In this document: positions 1 to 12,677 of the stretch, one piece after another
How positions within the stretch are numbered: the stretch's first letter is position 1
How the letters are laid out: each line of letters starts with the position of its first letter
Origin: Lama glama
Taxonomy: Eukaryota
DNA: 64,000 nt
Direction of reading: 5' to 3'
Assembly (NCBI GenBank): GCA_028534125.1
Contig: CM052816.1
Coordinates: 4,280,001-4,344,000 of the forward strand
Notes under the pieces: generated by a model
What the model was told of the DNA's origin: nothing
What the model saw: only the letters and a program-made list of their open reading frames with translations
The model's database searches: none
Translations under genes and position numbers: made by a program

Positions 1-689
1 AGATGGAAACTAAGGCTGCAGGTACCTCCTCCCTCAGGAAATAGTAACTCATTAACTTCCCTCCTTCTTCCCCAGCCTCATCTTTCTTAAGTAGCTGTAG
101 CATCAAATGCACAAAATTATAGGTACCAGAGAAGGCACACTGCCCTCCTCCTTCCTCAAGGGCTGTCATTCCACTGCTTCCATCGACTGTCCACTTATCT
201 CCTCTCTCCTCTAACATAACTGCCCAGCTCCTACTATCACTTGCTTTGGCAACTATTGTTTTCTCCTAACCAGACTTTCTGACCCTCGTGCTTTCTCTCT
301 CCAATTTCTCCTCCTCGCTACCCTCAGAGTTTCAATATGGCAAATCTAATAATATACCTCTTCTGTGGCTGAGACTTGGGTGGTTCCCACTTATGGACAC
401 CCCCATGACCGAACTCTTTTCAGCTTCCTTTCTAACCCTATGCTACCGTCCCTCCCTCGGCAATCCATGCCCTGATCAGCCATTCTTTAAACACATTCAC
501 TTCCATGTGTGATTATTTCCATCATAACCCATCATCTACCAGAGTCTCAACTCTCTCCTGTTTTCCTCTCAGTTCCTCACTCCACAGCACAGGGCCTGGC
601 CCACAGTAGACGCTCAAAAAAATCACAATTCTTCTTTTTACCTTCCTTGCTTGTGGTCCCATAGCATTTTCTTTATGGCACCTACATTC

Positions 690-825
690 CTTTTAACCAC
701 GGTTGTCCACACTTATCCAGCTCTCCAGGCAGACAGGGATCCCCACCCAGGCATTTCTCATCATCTCAGTGCCTGGCATAAGGTCTAGCATATCACAGTC
801 CCTAGTAAAAGTTTTCTGATAAATA
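690..825 (+). mobile_element. L2 3' end fragment
   Basis: ...ctccaggcagacaggga...tctcagtgcctggcata...tcctagtaaaagttttctgataaataa resembles the L2 3' terminus. Confidence 0.5.
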
Positions 826-1879
826 AGGACTGGCAGAAAGGCAGCACATCCCAAAGACACAGAAGCAGGCTCTAGATTTCTTGGACCACATTCTAGACGT
901 ACGTGCAGAACACTGCAATTTCCACCATGGTCTTTAACAATAGACATCTCATCAATACACAGCGGGACCATTACATTAAAAATTTTTAAATTTTGCTCCA
1001 AAATGTTATAACTCTGTAAACTAGGGCCTTTAAATATCAAGGGGGATGTCCTGATGTCAGCCTGATTAGCACGAACTGCCCCTCACGTCACCGAGTGGGA
1101 GTTTACAGCAAACACCTCTGCTGAGCCCGCTCTCTGCCTCCAAAACATTTCCTTCCAAGTCTCTCCGCAGAAGTTACAGGGCTAAACCAACCATGCGGTA
1201 GGCTCCATCCCCACCTTTATCCCTGCTGAGAATATTTATCTGTTTTCTAACCTGGCAAAGCTTTTCATCCTGAGTAATTTGCTTTGAAAGCAACAATTGT
1301 GAAAATGGACTCCACTCATTCTGCTGATAGTGATCAGCTGAAATAATCATCAAGGGCAGTGACCTTGGAGCCGAGCCAGCAGGTGTATAATAAGGGTCAC
1401 CTACAAAAAGACGTCATCCTGAGAGCATTTCAAGAGGGCATTTTTCACATGTCTACTCTGAAACCACTTTTGTTTCTTGTTTTTGACATGGGAGCACTAT
1501 GCCTCTATAGTAGATTTCTTGGTGTTAAGAATTCGGAGCAGGTGGAGGAAGAGTCCAAACAAGTGCTATTTAGGGGGAATCTTCATTTTAAGGTGTCCTT
1601 TACAAGGATGGGGAAGACGATACAATCCTCAGACTACGAACACCCTCGCTGCGTCTCCTTTTCTGCCCATCACTAGACACTGGGGCTTCTTTTGGAAACC
1701 AAAGACAGAACAAGACATGGAAGTCATGTTTATTAACTGACAGATCTCTTTGAAGTATCTGGTGAGGGATGAGGCAGAAGCTAATAATGTAAGTAAGATT
1801 TGGGAGTTAACTGGTGATTCATCAGTTGAAATCAGAGGACCATTCACTGATACTGTGACCATCATAATTGTAACAGACA

Positions 1880-2120
1880 TCATGTATTAACTAACACAGC
1901 ACTTCCGTATGCCAGGCACTGCTCTGAGTAACTTGCAGACAATAAGTCATTTAATCTTCGTAACAACCATGTGAGTTAGGTGGTGTTATCACTACCCACA
2001 TTTTACAGATGAGGAAACGGGGGCACAGAAAGATTAAAGTGGCCCATGGCCTCACAGCAGCACGCAGAAGGGCTGAGGTTCAAACCCAGGCTGTCTAGTT
2101 GCAGAGTATGTGCTCTAACA
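1880..2120 (-). mobile_element. MIR SINE
   Basis: Reverse MIR core: cattttacagatgaggaaacgggggcacaga...ggttcaaacccaggctgtct; also tatgccaggcactg. Confidence 0.9.
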
Positions 2121-2199
2121 TGTGAAAACGTCCTCCTGAAATGCTCTCTCCCCAAGTTCCTATGTCGTGCCGTTTTGTGTTACACGGTTTATAGCCATT

Positions 2200-2380
2200 A
2201 TGATATTTAATCCTTTCAATCACTGTGAAAGGTAGTTTTATGCCTCCTTGTTATGGATGAGAACATTAAGGCCAGGAGACATAAAGAAACTTGCCAAGGG
2301 GACAAAGTTTATAAACTGCAGAGCTACTGCTTAGATTGATTCTGACTCTAAAGCTCAGGCTCTAAGCAACTGCACTGCGC
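2200..2380 (-). mobile_element. MIR SINE, diverged
   Basis: atggatgagaacattaaggccaggagac...aacttgccaagg...tctgactctaaagc. Confidence 0.7.
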
Positions 2381-3499
2381 TAGAACCTTAGGTAAGAGAT
2401 TCAGTGTCCACATCTAATAAATGGGTCTAATGACAGAGTTCCCAAATCACAGTATCATTATAATGGCTGAAAAAATTTTCAATTACTTTACAAATTGCAA
2501 AGCTTTACACAAATGTAAGAAGAGAGTGGAGTAACCAAGGGAAAGTCAGCATCCAAGGACTAAGATAGATGCTAATGACTAAATCCATTCATTCAGGCAA
2601 CAACTATTTTTGAGCCCTGGTTTTACACCAGACAACAGCCTACACACTGGGTACCCAATATTGCTTAGAAACAATTAGAAGGGTCCCTGTCTTCAAGCAG
2701 GGCTCCTTCTGGCAAAGAAGCAAAGAAAAGACAAGAAAGAAAGGGACATGAGGTCGTGCTCACTAACTAGTAGATCATTTAAAAGTGTATGATGAAATAA
2801 TTAATTACAATACAGTGGTATAATCTAAGCGCTGACATTCAAACTCCCCTTCAACCATGAGATCTGACAGCATAGCTTTTAGCCTCATAACAAGAGACAG
2901 CCTCTGTTTTTCCTTCATTCTCTGAGACCACCAGCCCAGGATTACCAGACACTTTTCCAAGCACTAGAGTAAAGTCTAGTCTCTATAATAATTAGTCTTC
3001 ACTTTCCTTGCTATTTCAGAAAGGCAACTCTTTTATGCCAAAGGTGCTTCTTCACCCGGACTCTGACTCCTATTTCACTTAACCTCCTTCAACATATCCA
3101 TCACCCGTCACACCCACACGTAAACACTGTCCTTTCTGTCACCTGACACATCATTACTATCTATTTCCAACTAACTTGAGCCTATTCTCACCTAGACTTT
3201 AAACCACTTCAGTTAATAATCCATGTTAAAGCTATTTTAGATTTTTGCCTTTTTATTCACAAATCTCTCCCATAAGCAGTCCGTTTTGCGAAGTTCCTTT
3301 ATTTCCCTAGACACAAGGCACCACTTTTTGCCCTCCTGCCTCAACATTGTCTTGCTGCTGACACTTCACGTGATGCCCTGTTAAGAGGGCCTTCCTCAGT
3401 TCTCACAGTCCTCAACTTCACTTAGGAATTTTACAAAGCCCATTTTGAACACATTCCACTTTTTGATGTGACTCCATTAAGATGGAGGAGTGGGGTTGG

Positions 3500-3712
3500 A
3501 GTTACAGAGACTGGGGATGTAGGACTGGCTCAGCCAACCTGCTAGCTGTACGGCCCTGGATGAGTTAATGTGTGTTTCTAAACCACGTTTTCTTCATCTC
3601 AAAAAAATGGAACTAAAATCTGTTGTCATCCATCAAACTGAGAATTCCATGACCACTGCATGTCAAGCCTGGCACATAATAAGACCTCAGTAAATGTCAG
3701 CCATTACTATTA
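3500..3712 (+). mobile_element. MIR SINE
   Basis: ctagctgtacggccctgg...ttttcttcatctcaaaaaaatgg...cctggcacataataagacctcagtaaatg. Confidence 0.75.
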
Positions 3713-4237
3713 CTGCTGCTATCGTGATGACTACAGTTACAGCTACTGCTGCTGACCCTCCTACCAACACGCACCGACCTCTTAAGTCACTCTCTTCCTC
3801 TGAAACTGGTTCTCCTTCTTCATTCTGTCCTAGTAGTAAGCATCCTCCATGATAAGCCCTCAGCCACTCACTCCCAGGGAGTTGATCTTCACATCTGCTA
3901 CAACCTTAACCCAATGCCACACGTGAACTGTTTCAGAACATTTCAGTTGGCTACAATGACATCACCACTGGTTCACCATAACCATCAGCATATTCTCCAG
4001 AATGTTATGTTCATGTGTTTTTGTAGCTTGTCTAGTGAGATTAAGATAATTTGTTCATGAGAAGATTTTCTAGCATCTTATCATTTCACTGGGTATTTAA
4101 TAAGTGCTTAATCAATGATTTGTGCAGTTAAATCTATATACAGATTCCATTTTCAAAAGCCCCAGTTGTCAAGATGCAACAGTTAATTTCAAATACAGAG
4201 ATGTTTTCATTTAACCTTAAAGATAATACTTAAATCA

Positions 4238-4829
4238 ATTAAAAAATATACATGCACCTCAATGTTCACAGCAGCACTATTTACAACAGCCAAGACACAG
4301 AAACAATATAAATGTCCATCAACAGATGACTGGATAAAGAAGTTGTGGTATATTTATACAATGGAATACTACTCAGCCATAAAAAAGAATAAAATAATGC
4401 TATTTGCCACAACACGGATGGACCTAGAGATCATCATTTTAAGTGAAGTCAGCCAGAAAGAGAAAGAAAAATACCATATGATACCACTCGTATGTGGCAT
4501 CTACAAAAAGAAAAAAGACACTAATGAACTTATCTACAAAATAGAAATAGACCTGCAATACATAGTAAATAATCTTATGGTTACAGGGGGCAGAGGGGTG
4601 GGAAGGGAAAATTTGGGAGTCTGAAATTTGCAAAGGTTAACTACTATATTTGAAAATAGATAAAAAACAAATTTCTTCTATATAGCACAGGGAATTATAT
4701 TCAATATCTTATAATAACCTTTAAAGAAAAAGAATATGAAAACGAATATATGTATGTATATGTATGACTGGGACACTGTGCTGCACACCAGAGACTGACA
4801 CATTGTAACTGACTATACTTCAATTAAAA
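4238..4829 (+). mobile_element. 5'-truncated LINE-1 (ORF2 C-terminus, 3' UTR, A tail)
   Basis: ORF 4262-4624 begins with the L1 ORF2 C-terminus (MFTAALFT..DDWIKKLWYIYTMEYYSAIKKN). Perfect 19-bp TSD aaagataatacttaaatca at 4219-4237 and 4830-4848, with a TT|AAAG endonuclease site. Confidence 0.97.
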
Positions 4830-4889
4830 AAAGATAATACTTAAATCACACCAACAATCCAGCTCAGGAAGCTACTTTTTCATTTTATT

Positions 4890-5530
4890 AACCCAAACCA
4901 ACACCATCTTTTGCCTGGATTATTTCAACCATCTCCTAAACAAATCCCCTGACACCACTCTTGTCAGCCTTCAGCATTCTCATCACAGCAGCCAGAGCCA
5001 CTGGGTTAAAACATAATGGCGATCATGTCTGTACCTGCTCAGAACTTTCCCATGGCTTTGTCCCCAGCTCCAAGCAGAGCCGGTGTCCGTGCTGTGACCA
5101 CCACATCCTGCTCCCATCCCCCCCTGGACTCTGCTCCCACTGCTCTCCCTTCCAATCAGGCCACTCTGCTCCAGTCATCCTGGTCTCTGTGCTTTTCTCT
5201 GACACGCTAGACTTTTTGCACTTATTTTCATCTCTGGAAAATGTTGCTCTGGATATTAAGAGGGCAACATTCCCTGGTGACCAATTTAAAATTTCTAGTA
5301 GCCAGCCATCCACATTTCCACACACCCAGATGCCACCTGAGTACCCCCTACGCCCTATCCCCTCTGGGCGTATTCTCTTTAGCAGTGACCACTAACTGAC
5401 AGTCTTACTGCTTCATTGTTTGTTTGTTGTCTGTCTCCCCCACTGACATGCAATTTCAATGAGAACAGGATTTTTGTCTATCTTTCCTATGTGCCTGACC
5501 TTTGTTGAATGGATAAATGAAGGAATAAAC
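4890..5530 (+). mobile_element. L2 (L2a-like) 3' region
   Basis: Pyrimidine-rich L2 body ending ttgtctgtctcccccactgacatg...tttgttgaatggataaatgaa. Confidence 0.8.
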
Positions 5531-7027
5531 AAATAAACAGCTATTAAGACCTTACCAATTCTGATCCCTTCTCAAGAACTTCAGGGAAGAAGGTATTATT
5601 CTGAGCTGATCCCTGTGATACACTTACAGGAGAGCTTGACCCTCATCTCCAACTCTCCCACGGAGAGGGTATCTCAGTATCCATGGAAAACACAAATGAT
5701 TCAATAAACTGGCAATTTTGTTGGAGGAGAGTACACATTTTTTTTGTCCCGAGAATGAAGACTACCAATGCCTGAGCTAGAGGAGGGTAATTGACTTAAG
5801 CCATCCCAGCGGGAAAAGCAAAATCACTTGGGGAAATAAAGACCATGATCAGTCAAAGCGCAGCATCTTTGAGTTAAACTTGAAGGTAAGAAAATAATAC
5901 ATTGTTTTCTCATCAGGCTGGATCCCTCATTTTACCCTGAGAACCTCTGCACTGAGGCTGAAGAACTTGGAGAAAACCCACCAGGAAGTCATTTAAAAAT
6001 CAACACACACCACGAAGGAAGCAAATTTAATTCAATTTCAAGAAGACATTAAAAAAGAGAGAGGGACAGTAAAGCATAATGAGAACCCGCTGTCTCAAAC
6101 TGCAGCCAGGTGGGAAGCCAGGTGGCACGGAGCGGCCATGTCAACAGCTCTGCATCCGGATGGAGCCTCCAGGTCCTGGGGGAACGACACCAGCTCACTA
6201 TGGTTATATTTTACCTGGCTTCTGGCTTCAGCTGGCAAGGCCTGCCTTCAGTCAAGCCAGAGAATCCCAAGAGTCGGCTCCAAGATACATCCAGGTCTCT
6301 GCAAGGTTTTTTCAAAGCTTCTCTACAACAAAGATGGAGCTCATTGCTTCCCTAAAATGGTACCAAAGGGCACATCCCCTCTGGACTCTCTCTTTCCACT
6401 AACTGAAAAGCAGTATTTGCTAGGGATCCAACCAAAAATCTGCAGGCTTCTTAACAAAGTGCTGACAGCAAGAAGGTAGTAACACGTGGAGCACACCCCG
6501 GGCATCAGTGGGGCATACAGCTTCTCTCTGCCGCTTACTATACATGTGGGCAGGTTCCTTGGCCTCTCTGCCATATTTCCAGTGCCCCTTAAAAGACAGA
6601 TACATGTCTTCATCTTAGGGAAATTCTGAAAGGATTGTGATAAAAGAAATGTTCACATACTGAGATATAGGGAAGTCATTTTGGCTCATACATGAATTAA
6701 CTGGAATTTAATGCTAACTAAAATAGCCTGTTTGTGGCCTATCAAACTTACATTGTACATCTGCTTTAATTATTCAGGAAAATGGCATACTGACCAGAAG
6801 TAAAGAATGTGCATGTTAAAAACAAAGATTAAACGTCTCTCTTCCTGGGATGCCAATGCCAGTCCTCCCTTGATGGTAAGACTCCCTTCCCAGATGTTGA
6901 GGCCACGTTGACTCGCTGTTTACGTGCTGGTCTGCTCTTTTATTTATTTATTTTTGAACCTTGAAGCAATGTATCCCTGACTTGTTAATGTTTCTTTGTT
7001 CTGGCAAGTTATAAAACTGTGCTGGAA

Positions 7028-7316
7028 AAAGGACAAACTTATTTACAAAACAGAAACAGACTCACAGACACAGAAAACAAACTTATGGTTACCAGGGGGA
7101 GAAGGAGGTGAGAACAGATAAATTGGGAGTTCGAGATTTGCAGATACTAACTACTATATATGAAATTCATATTGTATGGCACAGGGAAGTATATTCAGTA
7201 TCTTGAAGTAACTTATGGTAAAAAAGAATATGAAAATGAATATATGTATATTCATGTATGACTGAAGCATTGTGCTGTGCACCAGAAATTGACACATTGT
7301 AAACTGACTATACTTC

Positions 7317-7366
<50 letters not shown>

Positions 7367-7385
7367 TATAAATTAAGTAAATAAA
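7028..7385 (+). mobile_element. Truncated L1 3' UTR with (AT)n/A tail
   Basis: L1 3' UTR (acaaaacagaaacagactcacagac...aaactgactatacttcaatt). Perfect 17-bp TSD ataaaactgtgctggaa at 7011-7027 and 7386-7402. Confidence 0.95.
7320..7370. repeat. (AT)n microsatellite in the L1 tail
   Basis: About 25 AT units read directly, with one interruption. Confidence 0.97.
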
Positions 7386-9974
7386 ATAAAACTGTGCTGG
7401 AAGCCATGCTTCTCTGGAGCAGGGTCTCAGAGTAATCTGGGAAGTGGGCTTCCAGACCAGTCCTCAGTTTGACTCAAATAAAATTCATTCTTATTCTTAT
7501 TATTGATTGTTTATTGATTATTTGTGTCAACAATTGACTGAAATAAGGCAAGTATGTGGGGTGTGAATATCCAAGGCTGCGTTCAAAAGTTAGCTAATAA
7601 AGTGACAACTGCATAGGCTCAGAATACCATCTGCACCCTAGAAACCACACATGGTTCTTCTCAGCAAGATGCTCAAACTATCCAAGTGCCGTGGGAAATG
7701 TGTCAGGTCTCCTAAGACCTGTCTGAGGCTCCAGCTCTCTGAGCGGAGTTACTAGCAGCATCACCCATGTGGCTCACATTTTTATTTCTGTCTCCTTACC
7801 TTGAGAGGGGGTGGCAGAGAGCAGCAAGTACATACAGTTAGACGGGAATAGTGTGGTGCTCTTCTGTAAAGCACACAGCATGGCGGCCGGTATGAAGCAG
7901 ATGCTCCATATGTGAGCCATTGTTACTAATTATCCATATGTGAAATATTGTTATTAATTACTGTTTCTGGTTACCTGACTATTTAACATAAGGCTGGGGT
8001 GGGGATGAGGGGGTGCCACAGAAGGACTCGTGGAATCTGTGGGAGCCTGGAAGTAACTCTCATGTTAGTGAAAAAACAATAAAGTGGAGACATTCAGGAG
8101 AGAAGAGGAAATGATGGATTCCATCAGGGAACTTAAGAGACACTCCCCCTCCATCTGCAGGTAAAATCTTTTGGTTCTCAGATCTCTTTCCCATGGAATT
8201 TAAAGTAAGGCAGAAAGACCCTGACAAAGAGAAGGGGCTTGTGACTTCCACATGACCTGCAGACCCCACAGGAACAGGAAATGGTGCCCTGAACACCGTC
8301 TCTGTTGCCTCCCAAAAGGCTGGAAGTTAAATAAGATGAAGATATTATGCAGAAATAATATATTTAAACATCATTTCTTTAGCAAGGCCTTCCCATAAAC
8401 TAAACTATTTCCTCCTAATATATATTCCTGTACCTGCAGGCACCAACCCCATCATAAGACTTACCAAAGCTGTTTTAATTACTTGTTTATTTTAAGTCTT
8501 TCCTACTACACTGTAAGTTGAATAAGGGCAAGGACCAGGCAATTGATAAATATTTGTTAGATAATGATGAACTGTCTGTCTGTCTGTCTTATCTATCATC
8601 TATCTATTCGTATTTGCATGTGTATACTGAAAAATGTATACGTATATTAGTCATTGTCCACCTTCAGGTTCTCTGCTCTTTTCCTTAAGTTTTCACATGA
8701 AACCACTTCTAGACTCAGGACTCATTTTTTTTTCTTTGCCAAAGAGTAAGCTCCAACTTGGAGTTCATAAAAACCTTGAATTATACTTCAGGGCTCTAGT
8801 TGCTTTGTCTGTGACAGTCATCAAGTTGTTTTTGTTTCAGACTTTCTACTTCAAAAAAGATATATTCCCTGGATTTGATTTTACTCTTTAGAAATACCTA
8901 ATGCAGAAAACTTGAAAATCTTAAGTGAATCTCTTGAGAGCCTCTGCGTAAGTACACCCAAACACAGGGAAAAGAATGGTTCCCATAAAGCATGCATTTC
9001 ATCAAGAATACTTTGCAAGGCATCCAGTGAAGTGAGATTTCAATGGCTTGCAAAAAGGGAATGAATTCTTTCAAAGACACACCTGAAATTCAGTATCTTA
9101 ATTTATGTTTGCAAATCCTCCGATTACTTGCATCTTTCTCATTTTGGTCCTGAGCTCCTAGTTCTGATATGGTTGTCCAGGGGCCAATTATAATCACTAT
9201 AAGAGAGGGTTTAGGGAATGTAACTATAATTAAGACTGTAGTTGAGCTTCAACTGAGGTATGACTCAGTGTCTCAACTAAAAATCTTGATGAAACCAAGA
9301 TGCAACCTTTCTAAAAGGATGAAAGGTATTAGCAGGTTAAAAAAGTTTAAATGTCAGGATTGTCGGTTAAAAGCAGGAAATAACCATTTGGAGTTTTTGG
9401 GCAACCTTCCAAAATCAATCCTACTAGAAGCAAATTGGTCCAAAATTGACATTGTGTGACAGGGTCCCTTAGAAAATGTCACATCTTGGTTTTCCTACTG
9501 ACTGGCGTGATCTTCCTCACATAGGATGCTGGGGAGAAGGAAAGCTGCTAGCCTTGCTCCATACAGTAATACGCAAAGACCTTTACGTAAATATTCAGCA
9601 TAACAGCTAAATTGCTCCGTTTGCCCCGCCTCAGTCTTCTCCAAAGGGCACTACAGGTACGGTGCGAGGGGCTGCACCCCTAGTGATCTCACAGTGGCCA
9701 GGGCCATGGGGATTGTGAAAGTTTCAGGGAACCTTCTGGATTCCTAGCCCTAGGATGAAAAGATGAGCTGGTCAGCTCCCTGCTGTAAGGTGTGACTAGC
9801 ATCTGGATTTTGGGAGTGGGGGCTTATATGTATACCCACCGATAGAATCCACGTTTCTAATTTTGAGCCCCATTTTTAAGGTCACAATCATGGTAGCCTC
9901 TTTAGCTACATGGTTATAGCAGGGTTCCCTGGACACTAGGCTCAGGCCTGCCTCCCACCACCAATTCTAAGGTG

Positions 9975-10350
9975 CATCCATTCAATGGAATACCACTTGA
10001 CACTAAAAGGCACAAATTACTTATCCATGAATGAACCTCAAAAGCACATGCTAAGTGAAAAACTTTGAAACACTATATGAGGTAATTCCATTTATAGAAA
10101 ATTCTAGAAAAAGCAAAACTGTAGTGGTAGGAAGCAGATCAAAGGCTAAAGAATACAGGGAAAGAACTGATTTCAAAGAGGCATGAGGGGACATTATGAG
10201 GTGATGGAAATATTCTATATCCTGATCTTGGAATGGCGTTACAGGACTATAGATGTGTTTCAAAACTCATTAGCTTGTTCACATAAAATTGGTGACTATT
10301 AATCAATGTAAATTATACTTCAATAAAGCCTAATCTGAAAAAAATAAAAA
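9975..10350 (+). mobile_element. Old L1M (L1MC/MD/ME-like) 3' end
   Basis: atccattcaatggaatacc...atgaacctcaaaagcacatgctaagtgaaa...ttccatttatagaaaattctagaaaaagcaaaact...tatacttcaataaag. Confidence 0.85.
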
Positions 10351-10496
10351 TTATACCAGTAGAAAAATGAGTGAATCCCTTTCTGTTTAACTGATACTTA
10401 GAATTAAAGCTCTCCACTTCCATAAGAAAAAAAAAAAGTATTGCCAGAGGGACATAATACGTTGAATTCTCAAAGTTAATAGGTTACTCTCAAATG

Positions 10497-10637
10497 AAAC
10501 ACGTTCCAAACTTTCATGTGCATTGGAATCACCCAAGGAATCTGATTCAGTCTGGGGTGGGGCCTGAGATGCTGTACTTCTGAAAAGCTCCCAGGGATGC
10601 TAATGTTGCTGGTCCACAGACACTCTGAACATAGCTC
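10497..10637. mobile_element. MER5A-like hAT-Charlie MITE
   Basis: gaatcacc...tctgattcagtctggggtggggcctgagatgctg...aagctcccagggatgctaatgttgctggtccacagacactctga. Confidence 0.8.
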
Positions 10638-10964
10638 TAACCGACCCATAGCTTCTTCTGCTATCAGAAACTTTGACTGCTTCCCAGACATGGATTGTGT
10701 TTGCTTCCAACACAAATTACACCAATTTTGCTAGCGTATCAAATTTTGCTTTCTATCTTATTAGATAATTTAATTAAACATGACATGAAACAATGTATTT
10801 TGAGCGTGAAAAGAGTTGATTTCCCCAAAACTGTGTTGAATATTTCATAAAGACTCAATCAAGGTAAGTTTATAAAACAGCACTCTTGAATTAGATGTAG
10901 ACAAGACAACGATAAAAGATTGTATAAATTTAGAAGGCTTCTGTACACAGATTGCTTCAAAACT

Positions 10965-12030
10965 GTGTTTTTAAAAACAGGTTTACTGAGGTATAATTGA
11001 CAGAAGACAAACTAGAGCTATGTAAACAGTGCAATTTGACACATTTGACGCAGGCATACATGCATGACCGTCATCACAATGAACGTTATGAACCTATCCA
11101 TCACAATCCGTCATCCCGCGTCCCTTTGTAAGCTTTTTCTCCTGCCTCCACCATCTCTTCCGTTTCCAAGCAATCAAACAGGTTGCCTTCATTCACTATA
11201 GATTGCATTTTCTGGATTTTTTTAAATAAATGGAATCATAAAATATACAATTTTTTGGTCTGGCTCTTTCATTCAGCAAAATTATCCTGAGATTCATCTG
11301 TGTTTTTCCATGTAATAATTCATCCTCTTTATTGCTGATTAGTATTCCATTGCATGGATATACCACACTTTATCTATTCCCCTGCTGGTGGGCATCTAGG
11401 TTGTTTTCAATTTTCTGTCTAAAAACAAATAAAGACGCCATAAACCTTTGTGTCCAACTCTTTGTATTAACATGTATTTTGATTCCCTTTGAGTAAATAC
11501 TTGAACGTTGAATGACTGAGTCATATAATAGATATATGTTTAACTTCTTTCAAAACTGCTGGACTGTGTTCCAAGGTCTGTACCATTTTACATTTTCACA
11601 GACAATGTTTGAGAGTTCTGTTGTGAGTTCTGTTCCCATATGTTCTTGTCAATGACTGGTATGGTCATTCTTTTTTAAAAGTTTAATCACTCTGACAGGT
11701 GTGTAGTACTGTCTCTTCATTTGTGTTTCTCTAATGAATAAATTAAAATCTTGTCAAGTCCTTATTTGCCTTCTCTATGTTTTTTGGTGAAATGTCTGTT
11801 CAAATCTTTTTGCCCATTTTTTAAATGAGCATTTTGTTTTCATATTAAGATTTAAAAAAATTTTATGTATTCTGGATACAAGACCTTTATCAACACGTCA
11901 TCTACAAATATTTTCTCCCTCTCAGCTTATTTTTATACTCTCTTAACTGTGTCTTTCAAAGAGCAGAGTTCCTAACTCTGATAAAGTCTAATTTATCTTT
12001 TCCTTTCTTTTTTGGATTGTCCTTATGTGT
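10965..12030 (-). mobile_element. Old L1M (L1MB/MC-like) 3' end and ORF2 remnant
   Basis: tttactgaggtataattgac..., attgctgattagtattccattgcatggatataccac, atgtctgttcaaatctttttgccc, atgtattctggatacaagacc: antisense L1. Confidence 0.9.
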
Positions 12031-12127
12031 CTTTATGTTTAAAGTGCTTTTCTTGGATTGTTTTAATCCAAACTAGTCTCTGTCTTCGAAGTTTTTAGAC
12101 AACTTACATTTAATATGACTATCAGAT

Positions 12128-12312
12128 TCGTGGTTCTCACCCACGGTTGCACATGAGCATCTCCAGGAGAACTTAAAAAAAAAGAAAACAAACGTTTCAG
12201 TGTATGAACCCTAACTCAAACCACATGAATCATAATCTCCAATGTCTGGGCCTGGTGTCTGTATTTTTTTAAGGTCCTCAGGTGGTTTAGACACACCTTG
12301 AGAACTGAGATT
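12128..12312. mobile_element. MER5-like hAT MITE
   Basis: gtggttctcacc...gaatcataatctcc...gggcctggtgtctgtatttttttaaggtcctcaggtg...ttgagaact. Confidence 0.7.
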
Positions 12313-12677
12313 CATAGACCTAGATCTACTAGGTGCTCAAGGAATGAGAGGTGTTCCTTTTGGATTATTTACACTTAAAAAGAGATTGTCATGTAGAGAA
12401 ATTACTTATTATAGGGAAAGAGTATTGGTGGGCTTTAATCTATTATTTGCTGTCAAGAAAGTGTGGCCTTGACTTTATTGGATCTGAATGTATAAGACAG
12501 CAAAACAACAACAATAATTTTTTCTGCTTATAGTTCAAGATGATTAAGAAAAATAAGAAAAAAATCTCAGAGCTATAGGACTTCTAATCATGCCTTGTCT
12601 TTTATAGATGAGGAAACTGAAGCCCAGAAAGGCTAATGGATCTGTCCAACATAATCTGTGCCCACTTAAAAACAAAG

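Larger units (their letters stand above)
6638..7532 (+). mobile_element. ERV1-class solo LTR, interrupted by an L1
   Basis: TG...CA termini, 4-bp TSD attg (6634-6637 and 7533-7536), TATA-like ttataaaa near 7009, AATAAA at 7477-7482 in the context gtcctcagtttgactcaaataaaattc. Confidence 0.8.
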
